Positions 12,830-25,225 are shown, counted from the stretch's first letter. The stretch is DNA of 64,000 nucleotides from Octopus bimaculoides (GCF_001194135.2 NC_068982.1:1892481-1956480), one strand, 5' to 3'. Notes: generated from the letters alone by a model not told the origin. A program made the numbers and translations.

Positions 12830-13440
12830 GTGTTGGCGGTGGGATTGCCGAATCGTTAGGACAAAATGCTTAGCTGCATTTCACCCATCTTTAAGGCGGT
12901 GACCTGACAGAATCGTCATCATATTAGCACTGAAATGCTTAGCGGCATTTCGTCTGTCTTACCTTCTGAGTACAAATTCCGCCAAGGTCGACTTTGCCTT
13001 TCATCCTTTCGGGGTCGATAAAATAAGTACCAATCAAGAAGTGGGTTCAATGTGATTGACTTACTCCCCACTCCTGCAAACATGTTGACCTTGTGCCAGA
13101 GTTTGAAACCATTATTATTAGACGGGTTCAAATACAAACTAGGTCCAATTAATCTCTCATATTTCTTGCGTCGATTAAATAAATTACCAGTTAAATACTA
13201 GGGTTGATATAATCAGCTAAACCGTCTCCCTCTCTCACCACACACAAATATCAGGCCTTGTAACTAAGTTACAAGCAATTATTCTTATTGGATGATAGCC
13301 AATTCGACTGACGTCGATCTGCTTTTTATTCTTTCACCATCGACAAAATAAGTACCAGTTAAATACTGGGGTCGATATAATCGAGTTACCAATCACCGAA
13401 CATGTGCTGGCGTTGTGCCTAAATTTGAAACCATTATTAT
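12830..13440 (+). mobile_element. stack of ~4 partial or complete SINE family B copies in the same orientation
   Basis: Repeated aataagtacca..., gggtcgatataatc, gtgcc.a.a.tttgaaaccattattatt segments at ~12830, 12893-13119, 13120-13290 and 13290-13440, separated by (ATT)n tails. Confidence 0.8.
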
Positions 13441-13447
13441 TTATTAT

Positions 13448-13669
13448 CATTGCCTTTGCACAGCTTCTAACGCTGGACTTGTACTACAGTGTCAGCTGTT
13501 CACTACCAGTGAACTAAGGTAACACCTCTTATTTTTCGAGCACCTTCCGGAGTATTCGAGCGGTTCCAAGCAGTGCTGTTTTCTGCAAGTGCCCCACCCT
13601 TATTGCAGCTCCTACTTGTTCCACGTACTTCTCAAGATTTTTACTCACTGTTCCCAGGGCTCCGACAAT
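13448..13669 (-). mobile_element. 3' end of an R4/Dong-type non-LTR retrotransposon (RLE domain C-terminus plus 3'UTR)
   Basis: Minus 13669-13529 translates without stops to IVGALGTVSKNLEKYVEQVGAAIRVGHLQKTALLGTARILRKVLEK*, the typical RLE C-terminal motif; flanked by TAA/ATT repeats. Confidence 0.85.
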
Positions 13670-13893
13670 TATTATTATTACTACTATTACAGTTATGGAT
13701 TGACAGAATTTATAGAGTCGGACGAAATCCTGCCCTAAATCTGTGAATGTCTACTTGCTCTTTGACCCGTCTAGTTTGCTAAAGTAAATCCCGATTGTAA
13801 TATAGAAAGAGTTGAATTAATTAGACCCAACCCAACCCAAACTATATCATTCATTGTAATGAAGTGGATACTATTTTCTGTTTTATTATTTAG

Positions 13894-13924
13894 CGTGTTC
13901 TGCTCTTCAGCGAACATGTTACCG
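13894..13924 (+). CDS. candidate 31-nt micro-exon, gene unknown
   Basis: Good acceptor (ttttctgttttattatttag|) and donor (CCG|GTAAGT); all three frames open; no homology recognised. Confidence 0.3.
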
Positions 13925-15498
13925 GTAAGTTGAAAGCCGAAGACATTCCGGGATTCATTCGATTTAAAGTTATATTATTATATTCTACTTTTGCTGTTGA
14001 GGTTGGTGGTGCTGTGCAACCTCCACCCAGCCCTGATCAGGTCGAAATATCATCAAAGACGTTTCACGATGAGAAACAATTTTTTGACATAGTTTTCCTT
14101 CGATCAAAATAGCCAAAGCTGTTTAAAACGATAAATGTGACTTTAGGAATTCGGCACCTATTTCTAGCAGGTCGAACGAGCACACAGATGTGCTCTCTTT
14201 GGCTTTTCTATTTCATTCTTTCTTATAAGTTGTTCATATGTATTTATAAAGTAGGCAGTCAGTCGTTAACCTACAGCTAAACTGAAATTATTTTATACTT
14301 TCAACATCCGGTCAGAATGAATTTAATTCACAATAATGTTATTCCATTAAGGCAATGAATGAAAGATGCAACATTCTCCTTATTATCTGAGTGAGTGAAA
14401 AAAAAATCAATTCACAATTATTCCGTTGAGTACCGTAACGCCCAGAAACGAATTTCACCCCCCCCCTTCATATGCGGTTGAGAAACCACCAAAATCACAT
14501 CTCACCTCTTCGTATGAACATAGATTTGCGTATAGATGAGAGAAACAAAATAAACAATAATTATTTATTTACAAGTAAAATGGGTGAGACATGTAAACTA
14601 CATTTCAAAGACTTGTTCAATCTGAATGTCTGCTGATGTTTGCCACAGACTGGCATGGTTACCAGGGTAACGGTTCTTCAACTGCTCTAGTTGCCATGAG
14701 CCGAATACGCATACACATCCGCGCACATGCACACACGCTTTCGCGGACACACGCACATACACACCGTCACTCTCAATGTATCTCTTTCATTCACGCGCAC
14801 ACACTTACGCACGCACGCTTACAGTTTTCTGTTTACTTTTGTTCATTTATCATTAAATTTTTTGTTGCTAATGCTGTTGGATTAAAACATGTATGAATAG
14901 CGAGAGTGGATATTCATCAGAGACAGGATGGGCTGACGATGTGAGACAAAGAAAAGAGAAACAGCGAGAAGGAAGCGCAGATGAAGTTTGTTATTGCACG
15001 GCCACCGTTCTATTTATTAATCATATCAGTATTCAGCATCCATCTGCAATAGATAGACTGCCAGCAGGATGAGAAGGGGTTGCTGTTTCAATCCCGGTGC
15101 AAGTCGTAATACAACACTTTGGCCACAATTGTTTCCAAAATGCGCCAAACTTTAACATTACTCGTTTAGTGTGTGTGAGAGACTCTGTGTGCAAGTGTGT
15201 GTGTGCGTGTGACTTTGTGTATACAGATAGATATAGATATATATGTGTGTAAGGTAGATATGTATATATATATATATATGTTACTGTTATGTTTAGATAG
15301 AATGAACAAAGAAGTCCTCCATCCAGTGAGAGATAAGTATCATTCAATGTACACTATTTTAAAATAAAAGCTACAAATAGTTTCTTGCCATTGAGACACG
15401 TGTTTAAGCACGTTATAAAAATTTGCCCATCCATATTTCTCAAGGTAAAAAGGTATATGTAGCTCTTATTTTAATACAGTGTACAATGAAGTATATAA

Positions 15499-15535
<37 letters not shown>

Positions 15536-15588
15536 TAGTAAAATTAAAAACACCAAGTCCTTGGTACAGTAATATATATTTGAAAAAA

Positions 15589-15804
15589 AGGTGGCGAGCT
15601 GGCAGAAACGTTAGCACGCCGGGCGAAATGCTTGTCGGTATTTCATCTGCCTTTACGTTCTGAGTTCAAATTCCGTTGAGGTCGACTTTGCCTTTCATCC
15701 TTTCGGGCTCGATAAATTAAGTACCAGTTGTGTACTGAGGCCCATCTAATCCACTGGCCCCTCCCCCAAAATTTCGGGCCTTTATGCCTCGAGTAAAAAA
15801 GAAT
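15589..15804 (+). mobile_element. SINE family B, full length with 17-bp target-site duplication
   Basis: tRNA-like head (gagctggcagaaacgttagc; gagttcaaattcc), central gtcgactttgcctttcatcctttcggg.tcgataaattaagtaccag; TSD aatatatatttgaaaaa at 15571-15587 and 15802-15818. Confidence 0.92.
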
Positions 15805-16226
15805 ATATATTTGAAAAAGTGAACAGAAACACTTTTCAGATAGTTTTTTTCACTTCAATGGTTAGATGTTGATAAAACGTAAGCTTCTTATTATTAAAGT
15901 GGAAAATTATGTCTACCATACCTGGAAGAAGAGATGACGTCGATAAGTCAATGATCTTCCTCGTATGGTAAAGAATACACCCTTTTTCATTTTTATCGTC
16001 TTTGTTGCTTAAACGCATGATATTGTTAAGATTAGTAAAAAAGAAAAAAACCCCAAAAAACTCCGCGCATTCCTGTGGCCGTTTGTGAGGTTCTAGCTGA
16101 TCACCATCCTATATTGTAAAAACCATGGTTGTGCTCCAGTTGGACTGGTTCTTACACAATGATATACAAGCCAAAAATAAGGGTCATTACATATTCTTCC
16201 CTACTGCAATGAAGGAAATTATGTAC

Positions 16227-16284
<58 letters not shown>

Positions 16285-16524
16285 NNNNNNNNNNNNNNNN
16301 NNNNNNNNNNNNNNNNNNNNNNNNNNNNNNNNNNNNNNNNNNNNNNNNNNNNNNNNNNNNNNNNNNNNNNNNNNNNNNNNNNNNNNNNNNNNNNNNNNNN
16401 NNNNNNNNNNNNNNNNNNNNNNNNNNNNNNNNNNNNNNNNNNNNNNNNNNNNNNNNNNNNNNNNNNNNNNNNNNNNNNNNNNNNNNNNNNNNNNNNNNNN
16501 NNNNNNNNNNNNNNNATATATATA

Positions 16525-17205
16525 AAACTTTGATAGGTTTCGGCCAGTGTAGGCCCAGGTCATGTCTAACTTAATACCACCACCTAGCGAAGTCTTTTAG
16601 TCATACGTGGGGTACCATGGCCCACTCTAGCAAAGAGTTATTATATTGTTGGATACATATTCAGGCGTAGGAGGTTGGTCCGGGATTTTTTGAAGAAATT
16701 TTTCCAGTGAACTTTTGAATTTTATGGGATCCGTTTCCGTTTTGACGTATTTTGGTTTGGTATTAAAGAAAGCTAGACCGGTTGAGGTAAAGTACTTGTG
16801 ACGTAATGTTGCTAGGTGTCCTGAGTTTGATTTTTGTAGTGAGTCGAGAACACGAGGGGCCAAGGTTTGGATGGCCAACATCGTTTGTGCAATATTGATG
16901 GAATATCTTCCACATTACACAAATGATGTAGCGCTCCTGGCGCCGTTGAAGGGAGTAGATTGATTTTGTTTTAGTCGACCCCAATAATCAATGCCTCTCA
17001 TGCCGTCTATCTTTCTTGTTATTGACCTCTGGATTGCTTCCACTTTCATAATGAGTTGCTTCGTATGGGGAGACCACAGTGGGCAACAGTATTCAAGGTG
17101 GGGTCGGGCTAAAGTAGAGGATAGAGTAGAGAAGGATGATGGTGTGGGTATCTCGAGACCGGAAAGTTCTGAATATATCGGCAAGAATACTTATAGCATT
17201 ATAAT
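16525..17205 (-). mobile_element. CR1-group LINE 3' fragment (ORF2 C-terminus plus 3'UTR), frameshifted
   Basis: TLARPHLEYCCPLWSPHTKQLIMKVEAIQRSITRKIDGMRGIDYWGRLK and FKSSLEKFLQKIPDQPPTPEY are hallmark CR1-type motifs; 3'UTR matches 27495-27555. Confidence 0.9.
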
Positions 17206-17342
17206 TTCAGTTGAACAAGGATACGAAACCTTTTCTTCTGTGAAAACGTAGTATCTTTAAATTTTTATTTTTCATACATATAAAGACAGAATATAATTAT
17301 TCACCACTCATCTTAAAAAGACAAACTTGTTTTAATTCCACA

Positions 17343-17344
<2 letters not shown>

Positions 17345-17396
<52 letters not shown>

Positions 17397-17444
17397 GTGT
17401 GTCTATCTATCTGTGTGTCTATCTTTATCTGTCTATGTGTGTGT
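17345..17444. repeat. (TATC)n tetranucleotide array
   Basis: Directly visible. Confidence 0.95.
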
Positions 17445-18646
17445 NNNNNNNNNNNNNNNNNNNNNNNNNNNNNNNNNNNNNNNNNNNNNNNNNNNNNNNN
17501 NNNNNNNNNNNNNNNNNNNNNNNNNNNNNNNNNNNNNNNNNNNNNNNNNTGTGTGTGTGTGTGTGTGTGTGTGTGTATTTTAACGTATTTTGGACTTGTT
17601 CTCAGTGTTTCCATCACCATGTACACACACACACACACACACACAAACGCACACACACACACAATATATATATACGTATGAATGTCTGTATAAACATATA
17701 TGCCTCTCACTACTCTTTAGGAGTAATGCTTGCAATATGCGTCGTTTCCAATATATTAGGTTTTCTTTCTGAATGTAGAAAATATTTCCAATTTCTTTCT
17801 AGTTTATTAGAGAAAAAACATGAAATTCTTTTCTGAAACCGCCTTTTTTTTAAAGTCGTTTTATATTGACCGTATTTTGATCATCAAAATTCTAGGTATT
17901 TGTCTACCCGTTGGTCAGGTGGGTCTGAAAGCCCCAACTGTGCATATCCCGTCTTTTTTTTTTCAGTGTTGCTTGATTTAGGATCACTTTTTGCAGTGTA
18001 TCATTCCTTTCGTTTGAGACAGTAGTTTTTAACTGGTTGGGAAGCGGAAAGAGCCTTGCCTGTTATTTCTATGCGGTCAAACGAATTGTATGATAGGGTG
18101 GCTGCCGTTGTTGACTTGACCGTTTCCTCTTTAGACGAGTTGGGGAATTAGTTTCCACTCGTCTATCTACTTTCTAATACAAAGACAATAATGTGTGGTT
18201 TCAGAGATGTTGGCAACTACTTTTCACACATCGAGCTGCGGCGTTGTTGTCAAGAGTGTATTTCCTATGTATATCAATGTGTTGAACTGTGTTAGATTCT
18301 GAATAGATTCTTGGTATATCCAAATGATGGATTTGATCGACTACTCTACGATTTGCGACATTATTTCTCATTTTAGATATCTCTCTTTTGTTGTCTATTA
18401 ACACACTTCCTCGCTTTGATTTCGTGTATTACCTTACCTCCTTAAAGTACATTCATCCATAACACACGAAACAGGAATTTTCTGTTCTAAATTGGAAGCT
18501 TTTTTTGCCCTCAATATTTTCATATTTTCATTCATAAAACTTTTGCTTATATTATGAAGACAATACTTGTACAAGACACGCAAAGTTGAAACTGCAGTTA
18601 AGAAACACTGTCACCGAGTAACCACAATTACTCTGTATAGTCACAG

Positions 18647-18742
18647 GTTCTTGCCAAAAGGGATGGTCGCCGTCGTCATCATGGATCGCGTTCAGCTTGG
18701 AATCTCATGTTTTTGACGCGAACTTCAGGAATCAAATCTCAG
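18647..18742 (+). CDS. candidate 96-nt exon, gene unknown
   Basis: cacag|G...TCAG|gtaaat; GC-elevated; two frames open (VLAKRDGRRRHHGSRSAWNLMFLTRTSGIKSQ or SCQKGWSPSSSWIAFSLESHVFDANFRNQIS); no family recognised. Confidence 0.3.
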
Positions 18743-19599
18743 GTAAATGTCCCCCTTGAATACGATGCAAATTTATCACAATACTATTTCAGAGATCCTG
18801 CTATTTATATAAAAAGCCTATTGAAGCAATACGGATTTTTATGACCAATTAGGAATCACACAACCATCTTCTTTAAAAGTCTATGCTTTGTCGTACAGCG
18901 ACAAAATACTGCTCAGCCTCTCTGTAGTTCGAATGCCTTTTCTGGTTGGCCATTTCGTGCCACATATGCTTTGTGCTCACGATTAGCAGATTACTTAATA
19001 GCCTGGTTAGAGACGGGTTGTGCACTGCTGAACACAAGTCTTCGCTGATAATCTAATGATATAACATATTCATTTTAGATGACTATACATGATTTTCTTT
19101 AATTTTTTCTAAGTAGTTAGCGTGCAGGAAATGTTGCAATTAGTTGAGGTCATCCAAACGGTAAATCTATATGTTAGTATTTGTTTCAAAAATTTCCTGG
19201 CTGGACTTTAAATGATTTTTCATCAGCACACGAGTATAAATATATGATAGCAATATTAAATAATATATCTTGCAGCTCCACAGTATTTATCTTATAATGC
19301 ATGTTGTGCTGCTCATCCCTTGAAAAACCTCTCATTCAAAATAAGGCCGTCAATCCTGACCGAAGAAGTTGATTTTCTGCTCAACGTTGTATATCCAATA
19401 AAACGTGCTTTAGATGATAATGTTTCTACATATAGAAAACCTTATCAGAAAACAAAAGCCTGACTAAGAGAATTCATCGTATAAACATCACATAATTTCT
19501 CTTCCAATGCAGTATTGTTAGTACGAGCAGACAAGTAAAAACGTTCCTTTTCATCTTGTTTGGTTGTCTTATTGATCGAAGAGTCTGTACGTTTCGAAG

Positions 19600-20670
19600 T
19601 TTAAATCTAGTGTCAGTTCTATTAACCTTAACCACTTAACTTCGAACCACAGTTGATAAAGTGGAAACTCAGTGAATGTATCCTCAGCCTGTTTGGTGTC
19701 ACTGATGTTGTGTGAACGGTAAGACACTGAAATCAAATGTGCATATTTCCCTAGAGTAATTATTCTTTCTCATATACGTTTGCAGGAAAATATCATGGAC
19801 TCTATGCAGAAGCATGCTGCTGTCATTGAGCTCTTGGCAGTGACTGCTTGGAATGCAAACAAAGCAATAGGTTATTGTTTATCGAAATGACACCATTGAC
19901 ATGAAGAATGTGCACAGTTAGATGCAGAGATTTAAAGTCGTGGAAACATCATTCAAGAGAAATCATGCATTGGAAAAATAGCGATATCTGACAGTAATCG
20001 GCTGTAAGTGGAGGAATTGGCTTGCGCAGACAGACCCGCCATAATGTGTGAGCTTACTAAACAACTGGACTCTGGTCACAATGCATTGCAGAAGATAATG
20101 GAACCGTTTAAAGGTAATGAAGATAATTATTTACTTAATCTTGTGACAGATTGGAAACGAAAGCTGAGTCTATGGAAGGTTGTCACACTCCACATTCTAT
20201 GCAGCTTAAGAACAAGTGATCGGCACAGAAAATTATAGTGTGGGCATCGTTCTCATTGACGCTTTTGAAACATGGTTGTACTGCGAATAACGAGAAGCAA
20301 ATTGACAGGGCTAAAAGTGTTAGAGAAATCCTAGGGAGGAGGAGACCACACAAGACTGAAAATGACCCACATTCACCATCACATTGCACAATAACACACG
20401 GCATTGGCAAGAGATCATGTAATTAGTAAAATGGGAAGCAAATTAGCCCACTCACCCCATCCACAGTATATAATCCCTCCAAGTTTCCCTTGTTCCATCT
20501 GGAGATATGGATTTCATGATAAAAACAAGATGAATGAGGTTGTGAAGAAACGAGCGCAGAACTGAACATCTGAATATTTTTCCAACTCGAATCACAAGTT
20601 AGGTTCAATAACGGCACAAATGCATCGCTTGGGATGAAGATTTTGTTGACAAGAATCTTTCAACTGAGAA
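19600..20670 (+). mobile_element. mariner-family DNA transposon relic (near-complete, heavily mutated transposase from ATG 19795 to ~20655)
   Basis: Broken translation MDSMQKHAAVIELL...VEELACADR...CELTKQL...KAESME...GIVLID..KHGCT...RRRRPHK...HPQY...HKCIAWDEDFVDK parallels the HTH, WVP, DNARPH and YSPDL architecture of mariner; ends approximate. Confidence 0.85.
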
Positions 20671-21336
20671 AGGGTTAATGTACGCGGCGGTTCAGTTTAA
20701 ACAACCTATGTCAGTTATTAAAGTTATAAGCACTTGGCATTACTTTCGGGACAATTTTCATAGATTAAATCAAAGATTTTAAACAGCGTCCCAGCCAAGC
20801 GATGATTTATGTGACTCACCGCCTATGAACATCATAGCATCAACATAACCGCAGTAGGAGATTACAAAGCAAAACGATTGATGTCATGTGAAACATAGAG
20901 GTAATAAAACTTGAGTGATGTTCTTGGCACCTTCATCGAGATAAAGCAGATAACATATTAACTAGATAATCAATAGAATGTTCAGAATTTAAAAGGGGAC
21001 TAATTATTGTGCGCCGACGTAGGCTTGATATTATATTTAGCTACAAACACATCTGATCTCGATCTGTCAGCTGAGATAGCTTATATGGAGCGTTCATGTA
21101 TCTATGGTTTTAGATTGGCTTTTAGGTTGTTATATTTGTATTTTGTTCTTTCGTTATTCTTTTTATTCTTAATCCATTTTCAATGGCATAACATAAATCT
21201 CCACAGAATCATTGTTAACTTTTACTGCAACGGATCAATTTTCACCAGATCTGATTGTACTACATTTGACTAGCATCAGATTTAGTATGAAAAGCTAACA
21301 TTGAAAAAGTAATAATAATAATAATAATAATAACAT

Positions 21337-21450
21337 AACTCGGTACTGTCCCTCCCCAAGCTTTGTCTACAGTAACATCCCTTATCCTTCACTCGCCCCA
21401 GGACACTGGGTGTGGCTCGGCAAGTGACTGTAACAAACATGCAGATTAAA
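21337..21450 (+). mobile_element. probable 3' end of a second R4/Dong-like element in a (TAA)n tract
   Basis: LGTV...ALS-like remnant followed by a UTR ending in a (TAA)n tail, flanked on both sides by TAA repeats. Confidence 0.4.
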
Positions 21451-21954
21451 AGTAAAATAATAATAAAATAATAATAATAATGAAGACAACGATGATGATG
21501 ACTTACAGTGTGGGTGTTCACAACTAATGAAAAGGACGATAGTGATGTGGTCCTCACTATACAGGAGGACCTATAGGGAGCATCAAGGCACTCCACTGTC
21601 CAAGATCTCTCTAAATACGAAGGGCAATTGCCCTCTTCAGTGCCTGTTCCTGCTCTCACAAATCTACCATCCACTCTTGTCATTTTCGCAGCTTTCACCC
21701 ACTTTTAATAATTTCGGTCGAGGACAGCAACAAGAGTCATAATAACATCAACAATATTAACAACAAAAATTGTATCGGATTTAATCGCATATATCGATCT
21801 TCAATTAATGATGCTATTTAATTCCATGTATTTGTCCCCGGATCTCACCGCTCCACCTCTTTTGTCCATCATCTTCGTATTGTTTATTGTAGTCTGATAG
21901 ATTTATATTCTCACTGGAGAATGTGTGTGAAATAGGAATCTAATCCTAGACTTG

Positions 21955-22328
<374 letters not shown>

Positions 22329-22663
22329 GTTTCTGGGAGTGATTGTATAAACTGGCAATCAAACCTCAAATAAAAGCAATCGACTGAAGTCTCCTCTGAA
22401 ATTGCTATCCTTGTATCTAAATTAGAAACAATGATATAATTTCAGCCGTTAGGTACACAGCTGGTAAAATACCGAACTAATTATCTTGTTTTTTGTGTTA
22501 TGATTTAATTGGAATTATGTTGGAGGGGTTGTATTTTCGCTCCCACGCGTTCCTACTCTATTAACGACCTACTTTCCTTGTTATATTAAATGAACTATAT
22601 CCGTTTTCAGCAAAAAGTATTATACGCTTTAATAAAACTTCAGTATTATTATGTAAAATGGGT

Positions 22664-22894
22664 AAGGCAGCGAACTGGCCGAATCGTTAGCGTGCTGGAC
22701 GAAATGCTTAGAAATATTTCGCCCATCGCTACGTTCTGAGTTCAAATTCCGCCGAGGTCGACTTTGCCTTTCCTCCTTTCAGAGTCGATAAATTAAGTAC
22801 CAGTTACGCACTGAGGTCGATGTAATCGACTAGTATTCTCCCCCCCCCCAAAAAAAAAAATTCAGGCCTTGTGCCTATAGTAGAAAGGATTATT
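22664..22894 (+). mobile_element. SINE family B, full length, probable ~15-bp TSD
   Basis: Matches 15589-15804; attattatgta(a/g)aat at ~22645-22659 and ~22889-22903. Confidence 0.9.
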
Positions 22895-23129
22895 ATGTAG
22901 AATTATTAAAAAAAAAACAAAAAAAAAAAACAAACAAACCCAAAACATGATCTCTTATAAATTTCAGCATACACTACATTTATTTGGTCTGAAATTTTAT
23001 CCAAAAACGACAAAACTAGAAACCGCACAATCAAAGTGTTATGGTTTTAATTGATGTACAAAGTTTTACGAAACCCCGTGACAAGGGAATGAAACGAAAA
23101 TAGTAGCAACGTATATATTATACTGTAAA

Positions 23130-23441
23130 TATTTACATTTGACGGATATTTGTCCTCATCTTGTTTGTTGTTAACACAACCTTTCGGCTGATATACCCTC
23201 CAGCCTTTATCAGGTGTCTTGGGGAAATTTCGAACCTGGGTTCTCATTCCTAAGGTATTTTTCAATGTTGTTATTATTATTATTATTGTTATTATCATTA
23301 TTATTATTATTATTATTTAGGTCACTGCCTGGAGTCGAACTCGGAATCCTGGGATTAGTAGCCTGCACTCTTAACCACTATGCCATATGCTCACGGGCAA
23401 CAACAAACAAGATGAGGACAAATATTCGTCGAATGTAAATA
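23130..23441 (-). mobile_element. composite element: tRNA-type head, (AAT)n, hammerhead-bearing PLE-like 3' end, bounded by 43-bp inverted repeats
   Basis: Arms 23130-23172 and 23399-23441 are reverse complements with 2 mismatches; A box TGGCATAGTGG and B box GAGTTCGACTCC on minus at ~23320-23390; HHR at 23173-23218. Confidence 0.8.
23173..23218 (-). ncRNA. minimal hammerhead motif, probably inactivated copy
   Basis: GACAC-CTGATAA-A-GGCTG-GAGGGTATAT-CAGCC-GAA-AGGT-T-GTGTT: perfect 5-bp stem II, 5-bp stem I; G8 to A and ACGT to AGGT relative to the canonical core. Confidence 0.6.
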
Positions 23442-24094
23442 ATGTATTACTTAGGTTGATTAATAACTTAGAATAACATGTCAAGGTAGAATATAATACT
23501 ATTTTGGAAGATTTCTTTTGCTTACCTGTTTTATAACGTAGATTCTCCAAATAAATGATCCACAGGTAATTTTATCCCTGTTCTTTGCCTGTGCTTCAGT
23601 TTTTGTTTATCTGGCATAAACAGCGCATCATCACAATTTCCTCGGGTCCCAAACAATTATATTTCTTATCTGTTTTCTTTATATTGTAAAGGAAAATTAT
23701 ATTTTCAAGATTACTGCTGCGACACGGACTTTATTTGCCGATGAAATCAGCTGTTGGAGCTAATTCCTTGTTAGTATTAAAACAATCTAGGTTATTGCCA
23801 CCAAGGCAATTTCTTTGCTTCTCTCTTATTTAAAATATCCCTCTGTATTCTATATAACATAATGTCCATTCTTAAATTATAACAGCTGAGCTATGAAGTA
23901 TATAACTGACAATGCTATGTAGGCGTTCACCACTCCCCCTAGCCTTAGCGAAGAGCTTCCGCTCAACCCATTTCTGAATAAGATTGGGTATACTTATCAT
24001 CTGGTCCCAGTTCTTGTCCATATTCTAGACCAAACTAGACCCCAAACAAAATAACAGATCTATATGTTTAGTGACCTACAGTGCTGTCTAGCAG

Positions 24095-24155
<61 letters not shown>

Positions 24156-24170
24156 CGATAGATAGATAGA
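24095..24170. repeat. (TATC)n joined head-to-head to (GATA)n
   Basis: ...tatctatctc gatagatagataga; self-complementary at the turn near 24155. Confidence 0.9.
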
Positions 24171-24177
24171 TGTACAT

Positions 24178-24210
<33 letters not shown>

Positions 24211-24800
24211 ATCTAGTTAAACCATTATCGTACTAATAAATAATATATGCATATATTAAATATATTGTCTGACACTGGCTTCACTCAAAGAACTTCGAAT
24301 AATATTCTTGTTTAAAAATAAATGCATTTTCTATATACATACATACGCACGCACGCACAGACACACACACATGTATGTATGTATGAAGGTATTGAAATTA
24401 TAACCTATGTTACGGGCATATTCTAAATAAACATATCGTCCATCACACTGTGAATGCAATGCTCGTGGTTAAACCACCAACCTCTCATCAGTCAGCAAAC
24501 AAGAGAGAGTATCGACTATTGATTGGTTTCGAATTACTTCAAAGCTATCACTAGCATTCGTTGCTGAGATACGCTAACACATATCTACATATACATTATG
24601 TAAACGTGATGAGGATAAAATAGAGGTGGGTAAAAAAGATTTTGACAATTGTTTTAACAAAAGTACAAACTAATCGATAGTCGATTCACTCCGGATCTCT
24701 AGTTACTGGGCGCATTCGGAGTTAAACATTGTGGTTATTTTTACAGGCGGCTTAAAATAACGGTTACATCGTGGAACAGACAATTTATTGGTTAAAAATC

Positions 24801-24838
<38 letters not shown>

Positions 24839-25029
24839 TATAAGAGAAACTAGAATGGTATCATAGGCACTTTAGAAACCAGAGAGTAGCGAAAGTTGTA
24901 ACTTGCTAGAAATGCATTGTCAATAGTCTGTGAAACTTTTGAATTTAACATGGAACACAGAGCTGAAATCTCTGGATATGCAAGGTGTTGAGTTGCAACT
25001 CACTGAACTGTTCAGAGATTCAAAGTATG

Positions 25030-25225
25030 GGGGCGTCTTGACCGTTGACTGAACACTATTCTATTTTTTTTTCTCCGTGTTTTTCTCCTTGTCTCCGTAT
25101 TCTTTCTGTTGAAGAGCGTAGCTCGAAACGTCAAAGACTTTCCGTATTCCCGAGCGTCATACTAATATATACTTTTGTTATTTACACCACCTGTCCTCGT
25201 CTGTTGTTATTATTTGTATATTCTC

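Noticed and set aside
21619-21640. CTGAAGA followed by a perfect GGGC-AATT-GCCC hairpin on minus
   Set aside because: No GAAA after stem II; a chance palindrome inside a probable old retroelement fragment.
21500-21740. 138-aa minus ORF region with faint similarity to an RTE C-terminus
   Set aside because: Similarity too weak to assign, and the ORF is extended by ATT repeats.
24460-24500. CTGATGA on minus near a GTGG/CCAC hairpin
   Set aside because: No GAAA or stem III; not a hammerhead.
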